IMG/VR virus record: IMGVR_UViG_3300029319_000040
Location: 1 to 60,885 of that record
DNA length: 60,885 nt
Reading direction: 5' to 3' (one strand)
DNA from: a virus
Taxonomy: Duplodnaviria > Caudoviricetes
A model generated the notes under the pieces. It did no database searches and was not told where the DNA came from. It saw nothing but the letters and a program-made list of their open reading frames with translations. Made by a program: the position numbers and the translations under genes. How positions within the stretch are numbered: position 1 is the first letter of the stretch; every line of letters begins with the position of its first letter. Shown here piece by piece: positions 19,026 to 30,400 of the stretch.

Positions 19026-19220
19026 ATGAGTGATTTAGAAATTTGGATTCCAGTAATAATGTTAGTAGTCGGTGCAGGTGCATGGGGCTTAAATAAATAC
19101 AAGAGCGTCATGGCTGATGGTAAAATTAGTCTTGAAGAAGTCCTTGACACCGTAAGCGAAGCAACTGACAAAGTTGAAGAAATCGCTGATGCGGTGGAGG
19201 ATGCTAAGGATGGACAATAA
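19026..19220 (+). CDS. Small single-pass membrane protein (holin-like, tentative)
   Basis: N-terminal TM IWIPVIMLVVGAGAWGL, then ADGKISLEE and acidic tail. Confidence 0.6.
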   Translation: MSDLEIWIPVIMLVVGAGAWGLNKYKSVMADGKISLEEVLDTVSEATDKVEEIADAVEDAKDGQ

Positions 19221-19275
19221 TCCTCGCTATCTTTTAGAATGGCTAGACCTTTACTTTCCAGTGGAGGAATAATCA

Positions 19276-19812
19276 ATGGTTTATTATTGCTCTGTTGCTG
19301 ATGTAGGCACACGCTTGGGGCTAAACAGTGACCAGCGTACACGCGCTAATACACGCATCACAAATTCAATTCGCAGGGCTACAATAGACATTGACCAATG
19401 CTATCGTGATTATGGTAGAGATGTGCCGTCACGCGAGATAGCAAGTACCACACTAAACGGTGCTATTTCTGCTGGTGCTACTACTATTACTTTGACTAGC
19501 GGTACAGGATTTAGTAGTGCTGGTAATGGTAACGTAGATGGTGACTCCTTTAAGTGGTCTGGTAAATCTACTAACGACCTTACAGGCGTTACAGGTATAT
19601 CCTTCGACCATGCTTCCGGTGTTACCGTAGAAGAAGGAGAGCAAGCACACGTATTACGTGAAATTTGCGCTGACTTAGCAGCAGCGTATTATTATGAAGA
19701 TGAATCTACATTTCAAACAACGGGTCCACAAGGTAGTATGAGAGGAACTGTATTACGCGAGAGAGGAACTAATAATTTAGTACGTCTTGCTCACCTCGGT
19801 TCAGTAGATTGA
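19276..19812 (+). CDS. Head-tail adaptor with inserted beta domain
   Basis: YCSVADV...IRRATIDIDQ and VLREICADLAA flank a Gly/Thr-rich insert. Confidence 0.6.
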   Translation: MVYYCSVADVGTRLGLNSDQRTRANTRITNSIRRATIDIDQCYRDYGRDVPSREIASTTLNGAISAGATTITLTSGTGFSSAGNGNVDGDSFKWSGKSTNDLTGVTGISFDHASGVTVEEGEQAHVLREICADLAAAYYYEDESTFQTTGPQGSMRGTVLRERGTNNLVRLAHLGSVD

Positions 19813-19821
19813 GGTGACTAA

Positions 19822-20643
19822 ATGGCATACAGCACTACTACAAGAGGAAGAGGAAATCCGCGAACACGTTTAGCGGGAACAACACATCATAATCTTTTAA
19901 GTTTTACAACTTATGTAGATAAAGGCTCAAAAAAAATTATGGATAAATTTGGAGTTCTTTGCAGAGAGACTGTAAAACAGGCTATAATAGATGGTTATAA
20001 TGACGCTTTTATAGAAGCAAAAAAAGATGTTGGTATGCAATTAGAAGATGTTGATATTTTTGGTATGCCAAACCAAGCCGGAGTCACACAAAAATTTGTA
20101 AATAGGGCTAGTACTGCTAAATATCAAGGAAAACAACTGGTAAGGCATAATAGAAATAGAGAATCTAGCGCAGCCCAAAGAATATGGGACTCTTTAGGTT
20201 ATACTTTCTTACAAGATGCTAGAGGCTCTTATGTAAGAGCAATTGCCGGGTCAAGTGATGTGAATGACGGAAATACTCAATATAGTGGTGTTACTGCTGT
20301 TTCTGCGCCGGATGCTAACCCTAGAACTACTGAAAACAGAAAACCAAGTGGCGGATTTAATTTGGCAAAGGCTTACGAAGTAGGAGTACCACAGTTCAAA
20401 TATAATTTTAGAAGTAGTAGGCAGGGTTTTAAAGGCGTAACACCAACGCCTACTTTTTCATTTGATGCAAAGGTCGGAGAAGTATTATTAGTTAAAGATG
20501 CTAGGCATCCGGGTTTTGACGGTCTAGCGATAGTAGAAAGATTTCATGATAGGTTTAAAATACACTTAGATGAAAAGACGCTAAAACATCTAAAGATTGC
20601 TGAATTTAGTATGTTAAATAGAAGTGTTGGGAGGATGAGTTAA
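19822..20643 (+). CDS. Putative neck/tail-completion protein
   Basis: Position between adaptor and tail terminator; basic. Confidence 0.45.
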   Translation: MAYSTTTRGRGNPRTRLAGTTHHNLLSFTTYVDKGSKKIMDKFGVLCRETVKQAIIDGYNDAFIEAKKDVGMQLEDVDIFGMPNQAGVTQKFVNRASTAKYQGKQLVRHNRNRESSAAQRIWDSLGYTFLQDARGSYVRAIAGSSDVNDGNTQYSGVTAVSAPDANPRTTENRKPSGGFNLAKAYEVGVPQFKYNFRSSRQGFKGVTPTPTFSFDAKVGEVLLVKDARHPGFDGLAIVERFHDRFKIHLDEKTLKHLKIAEFSMLNRSVGRMS

Positions 20644-21716
20644 TGGCTATCGCAACCAAGACACAATATTGGACAAGTCGTATGAACGGCACAAATCCAG
20701 CAGCGTTGTCTGGTACGTTCAACGAATCTTGGTCTGAAACTGGTAACGGAGGCGCAGCCAGTGGTGAATTTTGGAGAATAAACAACAATGGTTATTGGTC
20801 ACAAACCCCTACGACAAGCGATTATACAATTGTAACAGCATTTAAGTTTCCAGATACAGGGGCGTTGCCTAGTGATGGTACTGTGCTTATGCGCCTAGAT
20901 AATGGTGATTACAGAGTAGAAGTAAGAGCAAAGGGGAACTCATCTACCCTAGACCTTGTTGGTGCTAGTACGGCTACTACACCAGACCTTGATTTAGCAT
21001 TACAAGACGAAGAAGCAGTAGCAATTATACTACGCCTTACATTAGATTCTAGTGGTAATGCTAGGTTGTTTATGCGTGAAATTATAGAAGATGATGACGG
21101 TGCTACGCACTTCTTATCTGTAACCGCTTCTAGTGGTTCTGGTAAAGATGTACGGTGGGGTAACTCTTCTGGTACAATAGATTGGGGTTCAGTGTATTAC
21201 ACAAGCCTTGGTTCTTTCGGACCAGATGAATTATTACCTTCTGATTTTGCTCAAGATGCTTTGGCTCGTATGGGTCTTTCTGTTGTAGAGCAATTAAGAA
21301 ACAGCACAAGAATGTACTTAAAGACACAAGTAGATAACTCTTCAATAGTATATGGTTATGACTTATCTTCTGAAATGCTAAATCGTTTTGCCCCACCAAC
21401 GATACACGTTTTGATAGAAAGATTGTCGTCACCAGAGTTTGAGGCTTTATCTGGTAGTAAGATAACACAGAATTACAATGTGATGATTTTTGTTACCACA
21501 AAGGGAACAAATTATGAAAATGCTTATCGCATGGGTCTAAACATTATGGGAGAAGTTTTTGATGAACTATACATAAATACAGGACTGTTAGGCACTACTG
21601 ATAGCCTAACCTCATACAACGCTGATTTAGATTCTAGGAAAGACTCTGATGATTTTATTTGCGTACATCGATTAGAACTTTCATATATGCGTAGAATCGA
21701 TATGCGTCATCGTTAG
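20643..21716 (+). CDS. Putative tail terminator with N-terminal beta domain
   Basis: Directly upstream of tail tube; C-terminal PPTIHV...YNVMIFV pattern. Confidence 0.5.
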   Translation: MAIATKTQYWTSRMNGTNPAALSGTFNESWSETGNGGAASGEFWRINNNGYWSQTPTTSDYTIVTAFKFPDTGALPSDGTVLMRLDNGDYRVEVRAKGNSSTLDLVGASTATTPDLDLALQDEEAVAIILRLTLDSSGNARLFMREIIEDDDGATHFLSVTASSGSGKDVRWGNSSGTIDWGSVYYTSLGSFGPDELLPSDFAQDALARMGLSVVEQLRNSTRMYLKTQVDNSSIVYGYDLSSEMLNRFAPPTIHVLIERLSSPEFEALSGSKITQNYNVMIFVTTKGTNYENAYRMGLNIMGEVFDELYINTGLLGTTDSLTSYNADLDSRKDSDDFICVHRLELSYMRRIDMRHR

Positions 21717-21777
21717 ATAGGTGCGAATGCTTAATAATCAATCGGGGAATCAACAAATACTGTCGAGGTGCTAACCT

Positions 21778-22806
21778 ATGGTCGAATTCTTAAATCGTTA
21801 TGTCTCACTAGAGAAAGAATCATCTTACGGGTCTGAACCTAGCGGAACTCCTGTCTACGGAGAAGTTGATGATGAAAGTATTCGTCATAACTATGAACTT
21901 ATGACCCGTATGGATATGAGCCGACCTATCAGTTCAAAGTCCGTTACTGGAACCGAGTTTTCAGAAGGCGACATCAACCTCGCTATACAGGTTGATGACT
22001 TTGTAGGCAACTTACTTTACTCTTTCTTCCCACAAGACGCACTTACAACATCGGGTTCGGCTAACATTCATACACTAACAGAGCCTTCTCTTACCAGTGC
22101 ATCTGCTGGCGTTTATCCGTCATTTACTATTCGTGTTGGACGCGAAGAAAAAGAACACACCTTTACTGGTATGATGACTAACACATTAAGCATTAGTGCT
22201 TCGGTTGGAGAATACGCTACAATGAGTGTTGGTTTTGTTGGTAAAGCAGAATCGGCAACCTCCGCTCTTGCTACTCCTACATTCGATGGTGTTGCTCTTG
22301 ACGCACTATACTTCGCTAACGGACAAGTTAGATTCGATGATGGGACCGGCAGCGCACCAGCAGCAGTAGCATCTGTTAAATCATTTAGTTTTGATATTAA
22401 CCTAAATCGTGATACAGATAACGCATATGGTATTGGTAATAGCACTTATGGTCGCGCACCTCCAGCACAGCGCAGAGAAATTAGCGGAACAATTGAGTTT
22501 AACAAAGTAGTTTATACAAGTTCTCTTGATGAGCCTACTTACGATAACTTGATTGCCGCAGACGGTCTTGAATACAACGATGGTTCTTCTCCATCAATGA
22601 AACTAAAATTACTTGATGAAGCGGGAGCAGATTTTATTGACTTTGATTTCTTCAAGGTAAGATTTGAAGCACCCGAAGCATCAGTAAGTGGTCGTGATAC
22701 TAACACAATGACCGTGAACTTTGTAGGTTTGTATGATGATAACTTAGGTGCTATGAAGGTTGTTGCATCGGGAACTCAATTATCAGGCACACAGTATGAT
22801 GCTTGA
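21778..22806 (+). CDS. Major tail tube protein
   Basis: EKESSYG, PSFTIRVG, REISGTIEF motifs; precedes chaperones and tape measure. Confidence 0.85.
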   Translation: MVEFLNRYVSLEKESSYGSEPSGTPVYGEVDDESIRHNYELMTRMDMSRPISSKSVTGTEFSEGDINLAIQVDDFVGNLLYSFFPQDALTTSGSANIHTLTEPSLTSASAGVYPSFTIRVGREEKEHTFTGMMTNTLSISASVGEYATMSVGFVGKAESATSALATPTFDGVALDALYFANGQVRFDDGTGSAPAAVASVKSFSFDINLNRDTDNAYGIGNSTYGRAPPAQRREISGTIEFNKVVYTSSLDEPTYDNLIAADGLEYNDGSSPSMKLKLLDEAGADFIDFDFFKVRFEAPEASVSGRDTNTMTVNFVGLYDDNLGAMKVVASGTQLSGTQYDA

Positions 22807-22815
22807 GGTGATTAG

Positions 22816-23010
22816 ATGAGTTTTGTAGAACTAGCAGAATCTCTTGGGTATGAAGTCGATGAGTCTTCCGCAGAAGTTCTAGGAAAAATTGAGAACAAAA
22901 GCGTAGCACTAAAATACATTCGCAGACTTCCTAAGAAGGCAACTAAAAAAGCAGCACCTAAGAAGGCTGCTGCTAAGAAAACACCTTCTAAGAAGGAGAG
23001 TGAAGAATAA
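22816..23010 (+). CDS. Small protein with Lys/Ala-rich tail
   Basis: KKATKKAAPKKAAAKK; GAGGTGA RBS. Confidence 0.75.
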   Translation: MSFVELAESLGYEVDESSAEVLGKIENKSVALKYIRRLPKKATKKAAPKKAAAKKTPSKKESEE

Positions 23011-23222
23011 TGGCAGTCGGTGACGGTGGCATTAAGATTGTCGATAAGACAAAGATTACTGTTGCAGAACTAAAAACCACACTGGCTGGTCTTGCATCAG
23101 AATTACAAACATTCCTTCGTGGTAGCACATTTGCTAACAACGATATTATTTATCAAATCATGTACGAGAGAAATAAGAACAGTAACGACGTTACTGTGTA
23201 TGTGGTGTTTGAAGACCAGTAA
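23010..23222 (+). CDS. Hypothetical protein
   Basis: 70-aa ORF, TAATG coupling. Confidence 0.75.
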   Translation: MAVGDGGIKIVDKTKITVAELKTTLAGLASELQTFLRGSTFANNDIIYQIMYERNKNSNDVTVYVVFEDQ

Positions 23223-23235
23223 TAGGTGATTGGAA

Positions 23236-23343
23236 ATGTCGAGAAGATATACAAAACCAGTAAGTGAAGAGAAGCCAAAGAAGGCTTCAAAGAAGAAAAG
23301 TGGAAAAGTGAAGAAAGATGCCGGTACTAAAAAAGAAAATTGA
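23236..23343 (+). CDS. Lys-rich peptide, 35 aa, not in ORF track
   Basis: AGGTGA RBS; MSRRYTKPVSEEKPKKASKKKSGKVKKDAGTKKEN*. Confidence 0.5.
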   Translation: MSRRYTKPVSEEKPKKASKKKSGKVKKDAGTKKEN

Positions 23344-23674
23344 ATTGAACGACGGACGCAAGATTTGGGTGCGACAAGCATCCGGTATGCAGAAACTACG
23401 AATAGAAAACATACAAGCAAAGGTGTTTCGTAAGTTTAAGCATTATGGCGACCCTACTGAATGGACAGATGAGCAAAACGAAGAGTTTGTAAATGCTCTT
23501 GATGAAGCAGGTGGAGGCGTATCTACACAGATGGCTGATTGGATTCCAGATTGTATTCTTGATGACGATATTGATGTAGATACATTGACTAGCGAAGAAT
23601 TGAGAACATTACTAGCATTTGTTCGTGGAGATGACCCGGAGGGTGCAGTCCCTTTGGGCAATTCTTCCGAGTAG
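23318..23674 (+). CDS. Tail assembly chaperone (G-like)
   Basis: Between tail tube and tape measure; in-frame slippery heptamer C CCT TTG at 23650-23656. Confidence 0.8.
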   Translation: MPVLKKKIELNDGRKIWVRQASGMQKLRIENIQAKVFRKFKHYGDPTEWTDEQNEEFVNALDEAGGGVSTQMADWIPDCILDDDIDVDTLTSEELRTLLAFVRGDDPEGAVPLGNSSE

Positions 23675-23961
23675 CCGCGCCTTTGTGTATGGCTTTCAAA
23701 GGCGTTTTACCTTCCGATTTATGGGAAAGGTATGACTGCGCGGGAGGGCAGCAACTACTTGAACTTGATTTAGTAGTAGCAAATGAAATAAATGACCGTA
23801 TAGGTGAAGCAACAAAAGATGCCAAGCGTGATGGTAAATCTATGGTTGCTAGGCGCAACCAAAAACGCGAACTCTTAAACAACAATAAAGACCTGTTCCA
23901 AGCGTTGAGAGATGCGAATGTTCCGATTGTGGGCAGTAATGAAAGTGGGGATAGTGAATGA
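23650..23961 (+). CDS. Tail assembly chaperone -1 frameshift extension (T-like)
   Basis: The -1 frame is open from 23650 into ORF 23683-23961. Confidence 0.75.
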   Translation, partial: PFGQFFRVAAPLCMAFKGVLPSDLWERYDCAGGQQLLELDLVVANEINDRIGEATKDAKRDGKSMVARRNQKRELLNNNKDLFQALRDANVPIVGSNESGDSE

Positions 23962-26900
23962 TTGAACTTTTCCCCTCATGGATAATAGCAGTAGTATTCG
24001 CTGCGACCATGCTTGTTAATCGTGCTGGCGCATCCCGTGTTTTCTTCGATGTTATCGGTGTATTTTACGGTAACAGAATGTTAAAAGATGCTAAGGCACA
24101 GTTCGCAACTCTAAATTCACTTGCTCTTGATGGGTTGTCCGGTATTGAAGATGCTGCTTCGATGTTTGGCGCAAAGATGGCTGCTCTAACCGATGACGTA
24201 ATACCTATTGCTAACAGAATCGCAGATGCGCGTATTGAGTTTGAAAAGTTCGTAGAGTCTGCTGACGATGCAGATAAAATAGCCCGTGAAGTAGTTGAGA
24301 TAGGTCAAGGTTTTGGTTTCACAGCCGACCAAGCATTGATGGCCGCAGCACGTATGGCGCAGTTGTCTTCTGTTGTCGGTCCCGATGTTATACCTACTGC
24401 TACACAAGTAGGTATGGAATTTGGTTTGATTGGTGGCATGGGAACAGAAGAGGCCATGACCAAACTAATCAACTTACAACAACAAACTAACTTTATGTTG
24501 GGAGAAAATACATTAGAACAATTCCGCGCTATGGATGCAGAAGAACAAGCCAACGTTGTTAGAGAAAACAGTATAGCGACTCTTGACCAACTAAACACAA
24601 TTGAAAACAGAAGCGCAGCAACAATGCAACATATGACTTTCGTTATGAATCAGTTTGCGTCACAGGCAGATTTGGCAAATGAAAGCATAGCAGGTATGGC
24701 TGCCCAATCCGCTACTTTGATTGAGGCTGGTGAAGAACAAGGAAAGGCTGGTCGTGCGCTAAAACAAATCTACGCTAGGTTGGGTGCTGATACAAGCGGG
24801 GCTGCTAGTGAAATAGAAAAGTTAGGAGTTGCTACAAGAGATTCAAACGGCGATATGAGAGCATTAACACAAATAGTAAATGAACTTGCTCCCGAATATG
24901 CTAAGTTGAATGGTGAACAAAAAACAAATCTTGCTATTGCAGTAGCCGGTACTCATCATTATGCGCGTTTCTTAAAATTGATGGAGAACAATGAAAGAAC
25001 ACAGGAGTTAATGATACAATCTACTTTAGGTCTTAGCCCGGCTATGGATGAAGTAAATATTAGGTTACAAAATCAAGTTACTGTTCTTAGAGAAGCCGAA
25101 GCAGAATTAGATAGATACAAAGGCACTCTCGGTGATGCACTTACGCCTTCTGTTATTATGGCTACGCAAGTACAAGCAGAATACAATAAACAACTAACTT
25201 CTGTGTTTGCTGGTAGAGGCGGTGATTTCTTAAACAACTTATTCGGTGTTTCTAAAGTAGTTCAAGATACTGCTTCTGGTTTTTTTCAAAATTTCGTTAA
25301 TATTGTTCAAATGAACGTGGCTCTTGCGACACAAAAAGTTCTTACTGCTTCTTTACGGGGAGAAGAAATGATTAGAGAAGATTTTATGTCTAGTAAATTA
25401 AGAGGTCGTCAAAGATTTAATAATTTAATAAACACAGAATTAGAGGAACAAAACCAAAAATCAGCACTTGCCGGTATGATAGCAAGAGATTTGTTGATAA
25501 ACACAGAAACTAGAGCGATGATGGAAAGAACTGTAACTGATGAACAATTAAATCAAATGAAAAATGATTTGGCACGACAAGTATCAGAACAAAGAAGACT
25601 AGAAAATGAACAAGATATAATGCAATTTGAAAGGCAAAAAACTAAGGAACAACTCGCTAGACTTTCCCTTTTGCTTAGAGAAAATGAAATAGAGCAACAA
25701 ATAACACAAGAAGCAGCAGAACAGGCTCAGTTCGCTGCTGATGACGCAGCATCAGATTTAGATAAGCACAAAACGATGGATAAAAGAACAAAAGAGGCTA
25801 AACAACTTGAAGCGAGTGCAAATGCTCGCTTAGATTCATCTATGAAAGAAATACAATTAGCCGAACAACAATTAATAATTTTACGCGAACAACATGAAGA
25901 AATGTTAGAACATGAAATGAGTTTGGAACGATTAAAAGCAGATGATAGCGATAGATTAGAGTTAATAACTTTACAACTAAACGCTTTAAAAGAAAGAAAT
26001 AAAGAATCTGCTGCGGAAATAGGTCATATTATGGCAAACAGAGAAGCAGAAAGACAAAGAGTAGCGACTCAATCACAATTGGACGACGATGAAAAAATAG
26101 AAAAACAGGCACTTGCATATGGCAAACAGGCTGTTGCTGGACAACAACTTGCTATGTCCATGATGGCTGCTGGCTCCGCTATGATGATGTTTTCAGGCGC
26201 AACAGATAATGCAGAAGATAGGCAAAAGAGAATGCGAGTTGCTATGGTGTTGATGAATACCGCTATGATACCACAAATACTTAGTATGGCAAAACTAAGT
26301 AAAGAAATGGGCATAGGCATAAATTTAGAAACAATTAAGACGCTTGTGATGAAAAATTCAACAGTAGAAACTGCAAAGGCAACAACTGGCAATACTTTAC
26401 TCGCTGGTTCATACACAGCAGTAGCGACAGCAGCGCGGGCGGCGGGCGCGGCGGCCTTTAGTGCGAGTAAATCTATCGCAAAGTCTTTAGCACCGATGGC
26501 TGCTATGATTGGAATTGGTTATCTTTTGACAGGACTTATGGAAAGGGCTGGTGTGTTTGGTGATGCAGAATTATTTAGTGAAGAAGGAACTGCTAGCATA
26601 CAAGATACAGCAGAGGCTTTTGACAATAATACTAAATCAATAACAGAATTGGCTAATGAAATAGTAGAATATCAAAATGAACTAGACAGAATTGTTGATT
26701 TAGAAGGGCAGCAGTATGAAGATAGAAGAACTCAACTATTAGATTTGATTGCTCTAAATCAAAGATTGATTGGTGTCGTAGGAAGTCAAGTAGCAGAAGA
26801 ATTAGGTTTTCAACAGGCAGCAGAAACTTTATTTGCTTTGGAAGGTCAACTAGGTGATATAGAACAAAAGTTTGGTGCTTTTGACCCTGAAACAGGTACT

Positions 26901-27455
26901 TTTAAAGAGTTCTCTGATGAGTTTGGTATATTAGAGAACATTGGGCAGATAATGAATCGTAGTGATAGATTCATGAAAGAAGAATTAGACGCATCAAGGA
27001 TAGAAGCGCAACGACTGAGTAATGAAATAAATATTTTATTAGCCAGTAATGCAGATTTCGCTGAGTTTATCGAAACTAACGGTGTTACTAGCCTTGAACA
27101 GTTTATAGAAGCACTTGCTCAAAACGACAGAGAATTAGGAAATTTACAAGATACACTTAATGGCTCAGAAGGAGATTTAGGTGCTTTCAATTCAGAAATA
27201 GAAAATTCCATACAGTTGTTTGATGAATTTAACAACGCTAGAGAAGAGTTGTTCTTTGGTTTCAAGGCTGGTAACGTCACTGGTGATTTGGTAAAGCAGA
27301 TAGAGCAGAAGGGCGTTGAAAACTTTGTAGCCAATACTGAGATAATTATGACTAACAATTTCAACGGTATGACTACCGACCAAGTAGCAGATGAAATTTT
27401 GAGAAAGATAAACGAGAGAGCGGTAACTAACGGTATAAACGTAAGTCCAGCGTAA
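23958..27455 (+). CDS. Tail tape measure protein
   Basis: 1165 aa helical Ala/Gln/Glu-rich; AGRALKQIYARL and LGVATRDSNGDMR are typical tape-measure segments. Confidence 0.92.
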   Translation: MIELFPSWIIAVVFAATMLVNRAGASRVFFDVIGVFYGNRMLKDAKAQFATLNSLALDGLSGIEDAASMFGAKMAALTDDVIPIANRIADARIEFEKFVESADDADKIAREVVEIGQGFGFTADQALMAAARMAQLSSVVGPDVIPTATQVGMEFGLIGGMGTEEAMTKLINLQQQTNFMLGENTLEQFRAMDAEEQANVVRENSIATLDQLNTIENRSAATMQHMTFVMNQFASQADLANESIAGMAAQSATLIEAGEEQGKAGRALKQIYARLGADTSGAASEIEKLGVATRDSNGDMRALTQIVNELAPEYAKLNGEQKTNLAIAVAGTHHYARFLKLMENNERTQELMIQSTLGLSPAMDEVNIRLQNQVTVLREAEAELDRYKGTLGDALTPSVIMATQVQAEYNKQLTSVFAGRGGDFLNNLFGVSKVVQDTASGFFQNFVNIVQMNVALATQKVLTASLRGEEMIREDFMSSKLRGRQRFNNLINTELEEQNQKSALAGMIARDLLINTETRAMMERTVTDEQLNQMKNDLARQVSEQRRLENEQDIMQFERQKTKEQLARLSLLLRENEIEQQITQEAAEQAQFAADDAASDLDKHKTMDKRTKEAKQLEASANARLDSSMKEIQLAEQQLIILREQHEEMLEHEMSLERLKADDSDRLELITLQLNALKERNKESAAEIGHIMANREAERQRVATQSQLDDDEKIEKQALAYGKQAVAGQQLAMSMMAAGSAMMMFSGATDNAEDRQKRMRVAMVLMNTAMIPQILSMAKLSKEMGIGINLETIKTLVMKNSTVETAKATTGNTLLAGSYTAVATAARAAGAAAFSASKSIAKSLAPMAAMIGIGYLLTGLMERAGVFGDAELFSEEGTASIQDTAEAFDNNTKSITELANEIVEYQNELDRIVDLEGQQYEDRRTQLLDLIALNQRLIGVVGSQVAEELGFQQAAETLFALEGQLGDIEQKFGAFDPETGTFKEFSDEFGILENIGQIMNRSDRFMKEELDASRIEAQRLSNEINILLASNADFAEFIETNGVTSLEQFIEALAQNDRELGNLQDTLNGSEGDLGAFNSEIENSIQLFDEFNNAREELFFGFKAGNVTGDLVKQIEQKGVENFVANTEIIMTNNFNGMTTDQVADEILRKINERAVTNGINVSPA

Positions 27456-27471
27456 GTGAAGTGGTGAAGGC

Positions 27472-30400
27472 ATGGTAAGAAGTACAACATTAGATTATCA
27501 ATTCATGCTGGCTGGCTACTATGACGATTTTAACGGTGCTAGAGCCATTCCTAACGACGATAACGACCCAACCCTTACCGCAGCCTATGACAGCGATAAA
27601 ACCCACTACGGCAATCCTATGAATGGAGAGGCTACTCTCAATCCTCGTTACCGTTGGGCTTTGCCTGATAGAAACCAAGTAGCAGGTCAAGATAAAGTAG
27701 TATCTGCTACATTCTGCTACATAAAAAGCGTAAGCCCCGCAGAATGGCTTACCTACGACATCAACAGACAAAGCCCGGAAAAGTGGGAAGGTAGAGCGCA
27801 ACTACAATATCCCGACAGTCATGTAGCAAACAAATATCGATTCAATAACTCTGGTAGTGATGGTTACTTATTATTTTGTAATGGTCATGATACAACTGGC
27901 TCTTACTACATACCAACAGGTGATTACGACTCTACCTTTGGTAGAGAAGAAAGGCAGCCTTATACTATTGAATACTACGATGATGGTACAAGCACTAGCG
28001 AAAGCAACGCAGGGGAACTAGACACAATAAATCCGTCATCAGTAACTTATATGCAACGCGCTCATCTAACAGGTTGCTGGATGGCAGAAAGAAACTTTGA
28101 TTTTAACCACTTTACAACTCCTTCTAGCGATACGGTAGAAACACCTAGACTTCACTATATGCCACATCGTTCTCCGTCCGGTATGCCTTTTTTGTGCATA
28201 CAAACTTATTTCAAAGATAATGCAAACATAGTAGTAGATAGTGAAAAAAGACCTGCCATAGCATATGATGGAATGCTAAACAGTAGACAAGATAACGATA
28301 CCTTTGGAATAAGATTTGCTATTCAATCGTTGTCTATGGGTAATTTAGCACAAAGTTATGTGGCAAACTCACCAAAACTTACAATACAAATAGGTTTTCC
28401 GTCTTCTATAACACCAACAGGAGAAAAAGGTTTTTCAGAAAATACAAATACGGCTGCTATCGAATGGGAAATAGATTTAGGTGCTAGTACCGCAGCCAAC
28501 AACGGTTTAGGCGGTACATATGATTATCATAATCAGATAACAACTTGGGACGGGTCTACATACAACCCCGCATCTTTATGGATTGACCTTGAGTTTCAGA
28601 TAGACTACACAAACAATAGATTTACTGTCTACAAAGACGGTACTGCTGTAAAAAATACTAGCGGTACTGATGGGCCTTTTGCGATGAACAACAACGGAGA
28701 TACTGGCGCGGCGTTTTTACCTAGTGCTATGAAGGGCTGGCAAATTATTGTAGAAGAAGGGACTAATGCTGCTAATGATAATCATTACACTCTTATGATA
28801 GATAGAGTAGGTTTGTATCAATGTATGACTGAAAGAGCAGATGGTACTGTTTTGCCGCCTATAACAAACATGAAGATGAGTAATCCTGTCAATGGTACTT
28901 CTACCCTCAAAATAGATATTGCTGATGATGCTGCGATGAATACATCAAACGGACAAATAGGTTTTCGTACCCAAGATTATAGTCATTTCTTGTCTAATAT
29001 TTTTACCGGCACTGTTGCAGATTGGAATTTATTGTTTTTCTACAAAGGCATAGATAGACCCATATGGAGAGGACCGTTTCAAGGAATGACTGTCAATCAA
29101 ACAGAAAGAAGTAGAACTCTAAGTTTGACCGCAAAAGACGCATTATCTGTAATGGATAGACAAGTTCCTTTGTGGGATTTGGGGCAACTAGGAGAAAACA
29201 CAACAGAAAGTTCTACTGCTTACTGGAACAAAGAATCTGTTGATTTTAACAGCGCATTTTACATGGGCGCAACCGCACTTAGGACATTTAACTCTACGGT
29301 AGGTTTAGACAAAGATGATAGTTATTTAGTAAGAAATGACCAAAGAACACAGATTTATTCTGCTCATCCTATACAGATGTATAACAACGAAGATGTTGAG
29401 TTCGGTCCAAACGATTTACAAGAACAATACGAAGGGTTTGGTATTGTGGGTTTTAGCATAAGCAGACCTGCATCTGCTGGTGGCACTACAACAACAAAAG
29501 TTTTTCTCAATGGAGCAAGCCTCTATACAACGAGTAGTACAGTAAGTACAATAAGAACAACTTCTCACAATTGCACAAGTAAAAGTCCTAGTGCAGTATC
29601 TACATACACAAGCCCCGAAGGAGATACCAAACAAGTTCTTGATTTTGCTACTAGCGATTTAGCATTTGTCCCTCTTAGTGGAGTAGAGTTTATTTATGCT
29701 GGTAGATTTTGCCCAACAGGTCAAAGAATGACTTTAAGCACTGGAGTTTCTAGTTATTCACAATATATTAATGGCAAGTATAACTTGATTTTTGACGCAG
29801 ACCCCGGATTAAAAGCAGGTGACGTTTTCTTTGTTCCTCCTGCTACCTTTGGGCATTTTAATAGTGGTAGTACCACTGATGACTATGACCAAATAACGAA
29901 CAAACCACTAAAGGTTGCTTCTACAAAAACAATAGATAATACTTGGACTGTACCCATACCATTTCCTAACGCTGGTACTACTCAAACTATGTTTAGTGGT
30001 TTAGATGGAAGTCCATCTACCTTATTTGTTGTTACTGTAACAAAAGAATATGGTAGTAGTGGTGTTGAATATGGAACTTTTACAACAACAGGCGGTTTGA
30101 CTGGTGATGTTAAAGGTGTTATATGTAGGGATTTCGGAACAATATCTCCGGCAAGCGGAACTTCAATAGCAACTAGGGCTATACATTCTACTTGGATGAG
30201 AGATTTAGCAAACTCTCTTTGGTTCAAGTATCACTTTGGTATTATACAAAATACTGCTGATGCTACTGGTACAATACAAGCGAATGTAACGCCTAACGCT
30301 ACGACTGTACAGATAGATGCTACTTCTTATGGTCAAATATCACAAAACGCTGGTTTGGCTCAAATCACCAATACAGATGGCACTGTCGATACTTTTATAT

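Noticed and set aside
26420-26460. GC-rich run in tape measure gene
   Set aside because: Encodes an Ala-rich stretch (AARAAGAAA); no independent structure evident.
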